This document shows positions 18,558 through 26,271 of a stretch of DNA of 64,000 nt, one piece after another. A model generated the notes under the pieces. That model was not told the DNA's origin and made no database searches. It saw only the letters and a program-made list of their open reading frames with translations. The position numbers and the translations under genes are program-made. Source of the stretch: Candidatus Aenigmatarchaeota archaeon (GTDB taxonomy: Archaea; Aenigmatarchaeota; Aenigmatarchaeia; GW2011-AR5); the NCBI GenBank assembly GCA_016187335.1, contig JACPJW010000001.1, positions 608,001 to 672,000 on the forward strand, in the 5' to 3' direction. The number at the start of each line of letters is the position of its first letter. The first letter of the stretch is position 1.

Positions 18558-19067
18558 CTACTTCACGGCCCTCTTCGCGAATCTCGCGCCTGCAAATTCC
18601 TTCAATCCTTCCCTGACGCCGCGGAATGCCACGTTGCGCGGCAATGAGCTTTTATGAAACCACCTTATCTCTGAAGCATCGTCGCCTGCTTTTTCTTTGC
18701 CGCCGAGAATTTTGCACAGAAAAAAGCAACCGAGAACGCGCTGGTCGTCGTATTCGTCGTTCTTGAAACCGAGGAATTTCACAGGTTTGACAACAAGCCC
18801 GGTTTCTTCCTTCGCTTCCCTTATCATGCACCGCTCCGGCGTTTCCTTTTCGTCCAGAAAGCCGCCCGGCAGGTCCCACCAGCCCTTGTAAGGCTCCTTG
18901 TTTCTTCTGACGAGCATGATTTTATTGCCCTTCATAATCACGCCGGCTGTAGTGGGTTTTGGGTTCTTGTACATGACGTAGCCGCATTCAACACAGACGA
19001 ATTTGCCTTTGCTTTTCTTAACCCTGCCGCCGCATTTCATGCAGAAGTTGTATTTCATATTTATCAC
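18558..19067 (-). CDS. Nudix hydrolase with N-terminal zinc ribbon
   Basis: FCMKCG..CVECG; Nudix box GGFLDEKETPERCMIREAKEETG. Confidence 0.9.
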   Translation of the reverse strand: MINMKYNFCMKCGGRVKKSKGKFVCVECGYVMYKNPKPTTAGVIMKGNKIMLVRRNKEPYKGWWDLPGGFLDEKETPERCMIREAKEETGLVVKPVKFLGFKNDEYDDQRVLGCFFLCKILGGKEKAGDDASEIRWFHKSSLPRNVAFRGVREGLKEFAGARFAKRAVK

Positions 19068-19345
19068 AATTCAAATCCCAATTTTTCCCTGATCAGTTTC
19101 TTTATTTCCTGCGATTTCTTGGGGTTTAGTGACACCTGTAGTCCGTAGTGAGCGGGCTTCTTTATTATGAGTCCTTCCTTCACCAATTCATCTGCAATAT
19201 TCTCTACGTTTTTCAGCCCGGCTTTGCCAAGAGATTCTGATTTGAATTGCCTGAACATGTTTTCATATGCAGTATGACTCTCTCCCCATTTTCTTTTTCT
19301 TGCCAAAGAGAAAAGCAGTCTAGCGCGAATTTCCTCATTATCCAT
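19064..19345 (-). CDS. Conserved archaeal hypothetical protein, possibly toxin-like
   Basis: 93 aa basic; KWGESHT...LIIKKPAHYGLQVSLNP. Confidence 0.65.
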   Translation of the reverse strand: MDNEEIRARLLFSLARKRKWGESHTAYENMFRQFKSESLGKAGLKNVENIADELVKEGLIIKKPAHYGLQVSLNPKKSQEIKKLIREKLGFEL

Positions 19346-19481
19346 AAATTTACATGAATGTAAAGTTTTAAATAACTAAAAACTCATTAAAACATTATTG
19401 CGGCGATATAGATGCAATTTAATCTCCATAAGATTGCAATAATGCCTTTATAATGCAAAAATATGACACAATGGGATATTT

Positions 19482-19808
19482 ATGGAAGAAAAATCAATCC
19501 TGCTTGAGGTTATCGGCGACACGATGGAAAACAGAATAATAGATTTCTTGATAGAAGGCGTTGGCATTGATTATACAAAAAAAGATATCGCGGGCGGCTG
19601 CGATATTTCAAGGCCGACATTGTACAAGATTTTGCCAAAACTGATAAAGCAAGGCATAATAAAGCCTACGAGAAAGATCGGCAGGGTACAGATGTATTCC
19701 CTTAATGCTGAAAACGAGAAAGTAAAAGCTTTGATAAAACTCGAAGAGTTCCTGCTCAAGAAATCTTTTGACGAAGTTGAGAAACAGAAAGTAAAAATAA
19801 GAGTCTGA
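19482..19808 (+). CDS. Winged-helix HTH transcription regulator
   Basis: YTKKDIAGGCDISRPTLYKILPKL...TRKIGRVQMY. Confidence 0.85.
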   Translation: MEEKSILLEVIGDTMENRIIDFLIEGVGIDYTKKDIAGGCDISRPTLYKILPKLIKQGIIKPTRKIGRVQMYSLNAENEKVKALIKLEEFLLKKSFDEVEKQKVKIRV

Positions 19809-19812
19809 TATG

Positions 19813-20466
19813 TCATTTGAATATCTCGCCCGTCTCCTCACTCCAAAAAAGCAGGTCAAGATGGGCAAAAGGTATTCCGCTTCGCTCAGCAAATTCCTTC
19901 ATCTTCTCCTCGATTTCCATGTACTTTTTTGGTGTCAGCGATTTCGGTATTTCCACTATGGCGCCGTATTTCAGCAGGTTCTTCAGGATATGCCTGTCCA
20001 GAATCGCCACGTCCTCGTAAAAGCCGACATTCCTGAGGAAGTGTGATGCCTCCTTGTATCCGAAGCCCTTTACATTCTTAACCAGCCATTCGCGCGCCTT
20101 CTTTGAGTCTACTTTTCCATGCAAATTATTGAACTGCTCTATCTTGTCCTTCACGGAAATCCTGCTGCTGTTGGAGAACAACTCCCTCGCCTTTATTACA
20201 TGCTTAGCCTTCTCGTTGTAGAACCGGACGCCGGCAAGCCATGCCTTAATTTGCTGCTCGTCGCCGCTGTATAAAAGCCCCGACTCTTTCAGCTTCGTTA
20301 TTGCGCGCCAGCATGTTTTCGCCTTGCTCTGCGGCGTGAGCAGGCAGAAAGCCAGCTCGGCGAAAATGAACTCGTCGCTTTCTTGCCACGCTGACTTGAA
20401 CTCGGAAAGGCGTCTTTCTATGTCAGCGCGCTTTTGATGGTATTTTTCAATAAATTCTTCTGTCAC
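19813..20466 (-). CDS. ogg: 8-oxoguanine DNA glycosylase/AP lyase (archaeal Ogg)
   Basis: ELAFCLLTPQS, GFGYKEASHFLRNVG, AILDRHIL, LDLLFW. Confidence 0.93.
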   Translation of the reverse strand: MTEEFIEKYHQKRADIERRLSEFKSAWQESDEFIFAELAFCLLTPQSKAKTCWRAITKLKESGLLYSGDEQQIKAWLAGVRFYNEKAKHVIKARELFSNSSRISVKDKIEQFNNLHGKVDSKKAREWLVKNVKGFGYKEASHFLRNVGFYEDVAILDRHILKNLLKYGAIVEIPKSLTPKKYMEIEEKMKEFAERSGIPFAHLDLLFWSEETGEIFK

Positions 20467-20484
20467 ATGATCACGTCAATTGAA

Positions 20485-20670
20485 TTAAACAGTATCCAGA
20501 GGGCTCTTATCAATGAACCTCTTTATGCAGAATACATAGGTTTTGGCTGTTTTTTCGCTGTACCTTCTTCTTTTGCATTCCCTTATGACAGCTTGTTCAA
20601 TGTCTACTGGAACGTAAGACATGTTTATCATTGCGTCATAAAGCATTAAAATTTGTAAAGGCGTTCTCAA
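20485..20670 (-). pseudogene. Truncated tyrosine recombinase (IntI/Xer-type N-terminal SAM-like domain only)
   Basis: ECKRRRYSEKTAKTYVFCIKRF resembles the integrase N-terminal motif; stops after about 45 codons with no catalytic domain; divergent from the cassette array. Confidence 0.7.
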
Positions 20671-20689
20671 AAAAACGCCCTTTCAGGTC

Positions 20690-20736
20690 GTTTTAAGTGA
20701 AAATCTTCAGATTTTCGCTAAAAGTCTGTTATACGA
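20690..20736 (+). other. attI-like recombination site
   Basis: ...CGCTAAAAGTCT|GTTATAC; GTT core at 20728; resembles attI1 CCCTAAAACAAAGTT; lies between integrase remnant and first cassette. Confidence 0.55.
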
Positions 20737-20794
20737 AATAATGCTCGAGACTCAGAAAGATAAATTTATAAAGAATTAATTATTAATTAGACGT

Positions 20795-21049
20795 ATGGAT
20801 ATATTTACAATTATAGGGTTAGTTGCGGCAACATGTACAACTATTTCGTTTGTACCTCAAGCAATTAGAATCATAAAAACCAAACAGACAAAAGATTTGT
20901 CATTAGCGATGTATTCAATATTCACAACCGGAATATTTTTATGGTTAGTTTATGGAATTCTTGTTAAAGATTTACCTTTAATAATTGCAAACGCAATAAC
21001 ACTATTATTTACTTCTACTATTCTAATTTTAAAAATTAAATATAAGTAA
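20795..21049 (+). CDS. SemiSWEET/PQ-loop sugar transporter (cassette 1)
   Basis: 84 aa, 3 TM, SFVPQA, TKDLS, WLVYG. Confidence 0.88.
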   Translation: MDIFTIIGLVAATCTTISFVPQAIRIIKTKQTKDLSLAMYSIFTTGIFLWLVYGILVKDLPLIIANAITLLFTSTILILKIKYK

Positions 21050-21106
21050 CCGTCTCGAGCATTACTCAAGGGGACGCTGCGCTTTCGTCGCTATCGCTCC
21101 CCACCC

Positions 21107-21127
21107 TCGTATAACAAGGGTTAGCAG
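21107..21127 (+). other. Collapsed attC-like junction between cassettes 1 and 2
   Basis: TCGTATAAC-AAGG-GTTAGCAG; both R cores present, inner stem absent. Confidence 0.6.
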
Positions 21128-21179
21128 AAATGCTTGCAAGCCGCAAATGTTATTAATGTTTTTTCTTCAAATATAAGAC

Positions 21180-21839
21180 ATGTTAAAAGGCATAATATTT
21201 GATTTAGATGGTGTACTAGTTGATACGGAATCATATCAATGGCTTGGCTGGGTTGAAGTATTGAAACCATATGGTATTACTTTGCATAAACAAGAATACA
21301 TTTTGAAATATGCCGGCAAAACCGGAACTATTATCGAAAGTGAATTGTTAAAAAGATATGGACTAGATGCTGTGGATGGAGCGCTATTGCACAAAAAAGA
21401 AAAATTACTACTTAAATGGTTTAGTGAAAGACAAATTGATTTGATGCCTTATGCAAGAGAATCCGTAGAATTTTTCCATGATAAACGTTTGAAAACCGGA
21501 ATAGTTTCTGGGGGGCCTAGAGATGAAGTTGAATTGAAATTAAAAAGAACTGGACTCCATCCACTATTTCAAACTATAGTATCAAGAAGCGAAGTTGAAA
21601 GAGGAAAACCAAACCCAGATATTTATTTACTTGGTTTAGAAAAACTTGGCTTAGAATCTGCAGATTGCGTTGTTTTTGAAGATACCCAATATGGCGTTGA
21701 AGCTGCTGTAGCGGCAGGTATTACATGTCTGGCTATTCCAAATGAATTTTCCAGAAATCAAGATTTTTCAAAGGCAGATAAAATGTCCAATAACTTAAGA
21801 GAAGCTGTAAATTGGGTAAAGCAAACATATAATCTTTAA
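21180..21839 (+). CDS. HAD-family phosphatase (beta-PGM-like subfamily; cassette 2)
   Basis: FDLDGVLVDTE, GKPNPDIY, VFEDTQYG. Confidence 0.9.
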   Translation: MLKGIIFDLDGVLVDTESYQWLGWVEVLKPYGITLHKQEYILKYAGKTGTIIESELLKRYGLDAVDGALLHKKEKLLLKWFSERQIDLMPYARESVEFFHDKRLKTGIVSGGPRDEVELKLKRTGLHPLFQTIVSRSEVERGKPNPDIYLLGLEKLGLESADCVVFEDTQYGVEAAVAAGITCLAIPNEFSRNQDFSKADKMSNNLREAVNWVKQTYNL

Positions 21840-21891
21840 TGAGGCGGCTCGCTCGCACTCAAAATTGCTTTGCAATTTTGCCCTTTGGGCC

Positions 21892-21971
21892 TGCTAACAG
21901 CCGTTTTACGGAAAATCTCTGGATTTCCCCAAATTCCCTTCGGGAACTTCGTAAAACGGCATACGTTAAGC
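21892..21971 (+). other. attC-like site 2
   Basis: TGCTAAC-A-GCCGTTTTACG...CGTAAAACGGC-ATAC-GTTAAGC, perfect 11-bp inner stem. Confidence 0.75.
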
Positions 21972-22033
21972 GACATATTACTCGGGCGGCGGCTAACGGA
22001 AAGTTTATAAAAATCAATGTAATATTCAATCAT

Positions 22034-22594
22034 ATGAAGAACGCTTTCATATTTCATGGAACTGAGGGATACCCTGAAGAGAATTGGTTTCCTTGGTTAA
22101 AACAAGAATTAGAGAAGTTAGATTACCAAGTCTACGTGCCACATTTTCCATCTCCTCCAAAAATTCCAGCAAAAATATCTGAGTGGTTTGATGTTCTCAA
22201 AAAATATGAGAAATACATAAACGAAGATACAATCCTTATTGGTCATAGTCTTGGTGGAATTTTTACTCTTCGTTTATTGGAGAAATTGGAACATCCTGTT
22301 AAAGCTGGAATTTTTGTTGGTACTCCTATAGGTGTTCGCCCTATTTTAAATTATGATAGGGACAATGGTTTTAGTGGTTTTGATTTTGATTGGAACAATA
22401 TCACAAATAAAGCAAAACATTTTTTGGTGTTCCAATCTGATGATGATCCCTATGTTTCTCCTGGTAATGGCGAACACCTTGCAAAGAATCTAAATGTGGC
22501 ACTAAATTTTGTTCCAAATGCAGGACATTTCAATAAAAGAGCGGGTTACACAAAATTTGACTTGCTACTTGAAAAACTAAAACCAATTCTCTAA
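22034..22594 (+). CDS. RBBP9/YdeN family alpha/beta serine hydrolase (cassette 3)
   Basis: FIFHG...NWFPWL, GHSLG, SDDDPYV, AGHFN; start moved to ATG 22034. Confidence 0.9.
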   Translation: MKNAFIFHGTEGYPEENWFPWLKQELEKLDYQVYVPHFPSPPKIPAKISEWFDVLKKYEKYINEDTILIGHSLGGIFTLRLLEKLEHPVKAGIFVGTPIGVRPILNYDRDNGFSGFDFDWNNITNKAKHFLVFQSDDDPYVSPGNGEHLAKNLNVALNFVPNAGHFNKRAGYTKFDLLLEKLKPIL

Positions 22595-22681
22595 CGCCGC
22601 CGCCCTGCGTCATACGCCTTCGCTCCTTTCAGTCGCTCGGGGGACGCTGCGCTTTCGCTTCACTTCGTTCCGCTCACCCTC

Positions 22682-22781
22682 GCTTAACAAGGGATATACG
22701 GTTCGGGGCTCGGCTCGCCCCTCACCCAAATTTTTCTTCCACTTCGTTCCAGAAAAACTTCGTATATCCCTGACGTTAAAC
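22682..22781 (+). other. attC-like site 3
   Basis: GCTTAAC-A-AGGGATATACG...CGTATATCCCT-GAC-GTTAAAC. Confidence 0.75.
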
Positions 22782-22861
22782 TCAATTGCGAGTCTGCCTC
22801 TTTGAGGTTGCCACCGAAAATAAATCAAAAGATATATTAACACTAAAGCAATATTATCATC

Positions 22862-25531
22862 ATGAAAGGGTTTTTTATTATCTTACTTGTGGCTCTTGTG
22901 TCTGTAAATACGGCTATGGCTGATGATTTGCACATAGAAAGAACAAGCGGGCCTTCGGCAGGCGCGATAAAATTTGGCATGGGTTTTGCAGCTAATGACC
23001 CAGATACCATCTATGTTGACAGGTATAAATCAGTTGATGGTGGAACAACATGGAAAGAAATTGTGCTTCCGCAGGATAATGCTGTTGTAAATCTGGCTGT
23101 TGATCCAAAAGATTCAAAGAAGGTGTATCTTGCCTTCAACAATCAGCTTTACAAAAGTTCTGATGGCGGGACCACATGGCAAAAGCTGGATTCTCTGGGG
23201 CCAGATCCTGAAAGTGAAATGTGGCACGGTGAGGCCATAACTTCCATAGCTATTAGTCCTGACAATGGCGATATTATGCTAGGAGGAACTACGCATGGCG
23301 GATTATACAAATCAACTGACGCCGGAAAAACATGGAAAAATATACCGCTTGGAATCGCAACTCCTGTCAGCAAAATAGCATTCAATCCAAAAAATACACA
23401 AGAAATATATGTTTCAACAGGGCTTTGGTACTGGGATTCTTTGATTGGGAGAAAAGATAAAAAAGGCGATGGTCTATTCAAATCAATTGACGGTGGAGAG
23501 ACATTCTCAAAATTACAGAATGAGTTTGCATCATTTTTAGTGCAGGATGTTGATGTCGTAGGAAATACAATATATGTATCAACGGATTATGCTCCGGACA
23601 GCGAAGAAGAGTGGTATGGTGTTTACAAGTCTGAAGACAGCAGTGCAACATGGCAGAAGATGTGGGACTCGCGCAATAGTGAGGTTGCAAGGATAACTCA
23701 CGTCGCAGTTGATCCTTCAGACAAAAACCATATTATTGTTTCCGGAAGTAATGACAAGCCGTTTTTTCTTTCATATGATGGAGGCACGACATGGAAATAC
23801 CTAGGCCTTGAAGAATCAGAACCGATACAATATACCCACGCCCTGGAATTCACAAATGACGGGAGGGTATATGCTACAACCTATTACAGGCCATTTATGA
23901 AATCTGTTGATGACGGAGAAACATGGAAATGGTTTGCGGAAGGAATAGACAGGAGCACCATTACCTCCCTTGAGCTGCACCCTGCCAATAGAAATGCCGT
24001 TATTGCAGGAACAAAAGACGGGGCTTTGCATATAACTTACGATGGAGGAAAAGTATGGAACAGGTTTTTCGGTGACGAATTTGAAGGCTCCTACATTGCA
24101 GCAATCAAATTCGATCCTTCCAATTCCGGGAAGCTTTATATCGGCGTTTCCGGACCAATGGATGTAAAGACAGGAAGGTACTATGGTGCTCCGTGGCGCG
24201 ATACAGGATTCTATGTCTCAAATGAAGACAATAAATGGACAAAGGCTGTGGGACTGAACCACCCTCAGGAAAAGGATTTCCAATTGGAAATATACGACAT
24301 TCTTATTCTGCCAGAAAATCCAAGGATTATCCTTGTTGCAACGTCTTCAGAAGGTGTTTACAGGAGCGAAGATGGAGGCAAGGCCTGGAAAGAAGCAAAT
24401 GATGGTATACCAAAAGAAGGATTTTATTGGCAATTAAATTTATTGCCTGAGGGGTATACGCCTAGGGAAGAGTGCGAGGAAAGATACAAAAGGTATCAAC
24501 GGGGAGAAAATGTTTTGCCTGGCTGCTTTTATTATGCGACACACACATCAATGAGCCTTTTTGTCAATCCGCACAATGAAAACGAGATTTGGTACACAAC
24601 ATTGGAAGGCATTTTCGTTTCTGAGGACTCTGGCAAGACTTGGAGATGGCTGTCTGATGATTTAAGGAACATCCATGCCCATTACATGGCTTTTGATCCC
24701 GAAGATCCCAATACAATTTATGTAGGCACCCATCAGGGAGCAATAGACGATAATGGCAATGTCATCAACTCTTCCCGGGGATTGCTGATTTCCCGCGATA
24801 GGGGAAAGACCTGGATACAGGTGACCAATGGACCTGGAGAAGGATATGACGTCAGGGCAATAGCAGTAAGCCCCAAAAATCCAAATCTTGTCGTTGTCGG
24901 CACCAATGATCCTTTGTTTATCAGTGAGGATAAAGGTCTAACATGGAAACAAGTGACTGTGGAAGGCAATTTACTGAAAGAGGCAGATAAAATAAAAATA
25001 GACAGCACGGCGAATGTTATTTATTTGGGCACTGGCGACACAGGAGTTTGGAGGGGTATCATAGACTACAATTCTGCCAGCCCTGCTTTGCTTGAGATAA
25101 CAGGGGTTCGTCTGCCCCAGAGAATTGAGAAAGGCATATCATTTGATGTAGTTGTATCGGTTGACAATATTGGAGCCAAAAGCGATTCTATGTCATTAAC
25201 TGTGAAGATTGGGCGAAAAGAAATTTCAAAAGAAATTACGCTTGCGCCAACCGAACAGACTGCTTTGAAATTCTCCTTGAATATGGATGAAGCAGGGATT
25301 TATGACATAATTGTGAATGGTTTAAACTATGGACAAATAAGCATTTCTGAAGAACCTGCTGATACTGGAGCATCGGAAACGGACAACACTACTGGCAATA
25401 TAGGGAAAGAGGGCAAGCAAAATATCTTTTTTGACATTTTTGATAAAGTTTTTTGGCCTGTTTTTATTATTATTTTAGTTATAGTTACGTTTTTTGTGTC
25501 CAGAAAAATATATAAGGCCATTAAGAAATAA
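22862..25531 (+). CDS. Secreted BNR/Asp-box beta-propeller (Vps10/sialidase-like) surface protein with CARDB-like domain and C-terminal TM anchor (cassette 4)
   Basis: Signal peptide, about 13 S.DGG.TW-type repeats, VSVDNIG Ig-like segment, TM plus KK tail. Confidence 0.85.
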   Translation: MKGFFIILLVALVSVNTAMADDLHIERTSGPSAGAIKFGMGFAANDPDTIYVDRYKSVDGGTTWKEIVLPQDNAVVNLAVDPKDSKKVYLAFNNQLYKSSDGGTTWQKLDSLGPDPESEMWHGEAITSIAISPDNGDIMLGGTTHGGLYKSTDAGKTWKNIPLGIATPVSKIAFNPKNTQEIYVSTGLWYWDSLIGRKDKKGDGLFKSIDGGETFSKLQNEFASFLVQDVDVVGNTIYVSTDYAPDSEEEWYGVYKSEDSSATWQKMWDSRNSEVARITHVAVDPSDKNHIIVSGSNDKPFFLSYDGGTTWKYLGLEESEPIQYTHALEFTNDGRVYATTYYRPFMKSVDDGETWKWFAEGIDRSTITSLELHPANRNAVIAGTKDGALHITYDGGKVWNRFFGDEFEGSYIAAIKFDPSNSGKLYIGVSGPMDVKTGRYYGAPWRDTGFYVSNEDNKWTKAVGLNHPQEKDFQLEIYDILILPENPRIILVATSSEGVYRSEDGGKAWKEANDGIPKEGFYWQLNLLPEGYTPREECEERYKRYQRGENVLPGCFYYATHTSMSLFVNPHNENEIWYTTLEGIFVSEDSGKTWRWLSDDLRNIHAHYMAFDPEDPNTIYVGTHQGAIDDNGNVINSSRGLLISRDRGKTWIQVTNGPGEGYDVRAIAVSPKNPNLVVVGTNDPLFISEDKGLTWKQVTVEGNLLKEADKIKIDSTANVIYLGTGDTGVWRGIIDYNSASPALLEITGVRLPQRIEKGISFDVVVSVDNIGAKSDSMSLTVKIGRKEISKEITLAPTEQTALKFSLNMDEAGIYDIIVNGLNYGQISISEEPADTGASETDNTTGNIGKEGKQNIFFDIFDKVFWPVFIIILVIVTFFVSRKIYKAIKK

Positions 25532-25668
25532 GACACTGCATTTTAATGAGTGTGGCAATTCCTTAAAGAAAAAACTACGGCAACAACGAATTTTCGGCGG
25601 ACTCGCAACTCGAAATTTTTCCCTTCGGGAACGTTGCACTAAAATTTCGTCCTCCCTTCGGTCAGAGA

Positions 25669-25756
25669 GCATAACAGGCATTAACCGACTACGCTCGGTT
25701 GCACCTCGCTCCGTCCAAATCGCCTTCGGCGACTTCGGTTAATGCCGATGTTAAAT
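25669..25756 (+). other. attC-like site 4
   Basis: GCATAAC-A-GGCATTAACCG...CGGTTAATGCC-GAT-GTTAAAT. Confidence 0.75.
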
Positions 25757-25803
25757 GAAATGGAAAGGCAAAGCTTAAAAAATGTGTTTACTTAATTAAC
25801 TGT

Positions 25804-26013
25804 ATGGCACAAAAATCCCAACAGAGTTATGGAAGATTAGGCTACTTAATATTAGGAATATTGATATTGTTTGGTGGCATTGCATTTGGAACTTATATTA
25901 TCAACTTAGTATCTCCTTTTTCAGAAACTGTGAATTTTATCATAGCTTTAATTACAATGGTTGGGATTTTTGATACATTTGTTAAACCTTTTTTGAGGAA
26001 AAAATTTCAGTGA
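25804..26013 (+). CDS. 69-aa 2-TM membrane protein (cassette 5)
   Basis: Two hydrophobic helices; paralog of 10801-11013. Confidence 0.75.
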   Translation: MAQKSQQSYGRLGYLILGILILFGGIAFGTYIINLVSPFSETVNFIIALITMVGIFDTFVKPFLRKKFQ

Positions 26014-26271
26014 CGCTTTGCCTTTCCACTCTGCGCTCCCTTCGGTCGCTTGGGGACGTTGCACTTTCGCTTCGCTCACCTCATTTAACAGGAATTATGA
26101 GGAAAATCCCTTGCAGGAATCTTCCCAAATTTGCTCCGCAAACTTCGCCAAACTGCCGAGTTGAATTCAATTGCTCGGCAGAAATATTGCGAGGGGGTCG
26201 GCTCGGCAAAGAAAGGATAAAAGACAATAAAATGTCCGGGTTTATAAATTAATCAAGCCAATTAAATTATC

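Larger units (their letters stand above)
20728..26140 (+). mobile_element. Integron-like gene cassette array with five cassettes
   Basis: Each unit starts GTTnnnn and ends with the complementary nnnnAAC; attC-like hairpins lie between co-oriented, mostly AT-rich genes. Confidence 0.8.

Noticed and set aside
21839-22033. N-terminal extension of the YdeN ORF and ORFs 21836-22057 and 22610-22843
   Set aside because: These frames run across attC-like hairpins; the real start is ATG 22034 behind a TATA box
25736-25760. dif/Xer site (ATGTTAAAT resembles a XerD arm)
   Set aside because: There is no 28-bp dif structure, and the sequence is explained as the R' core of attC-like site 4; a Xer-family enzyme acting on these sites is not excluded
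20728-26140. CRISPR array interpretation of the repeated motifs
   Set aside because: The repeats are imperfect, hairpin-forming and separated by whole genes rather than 30-40 nt spacers; no cas genes are present
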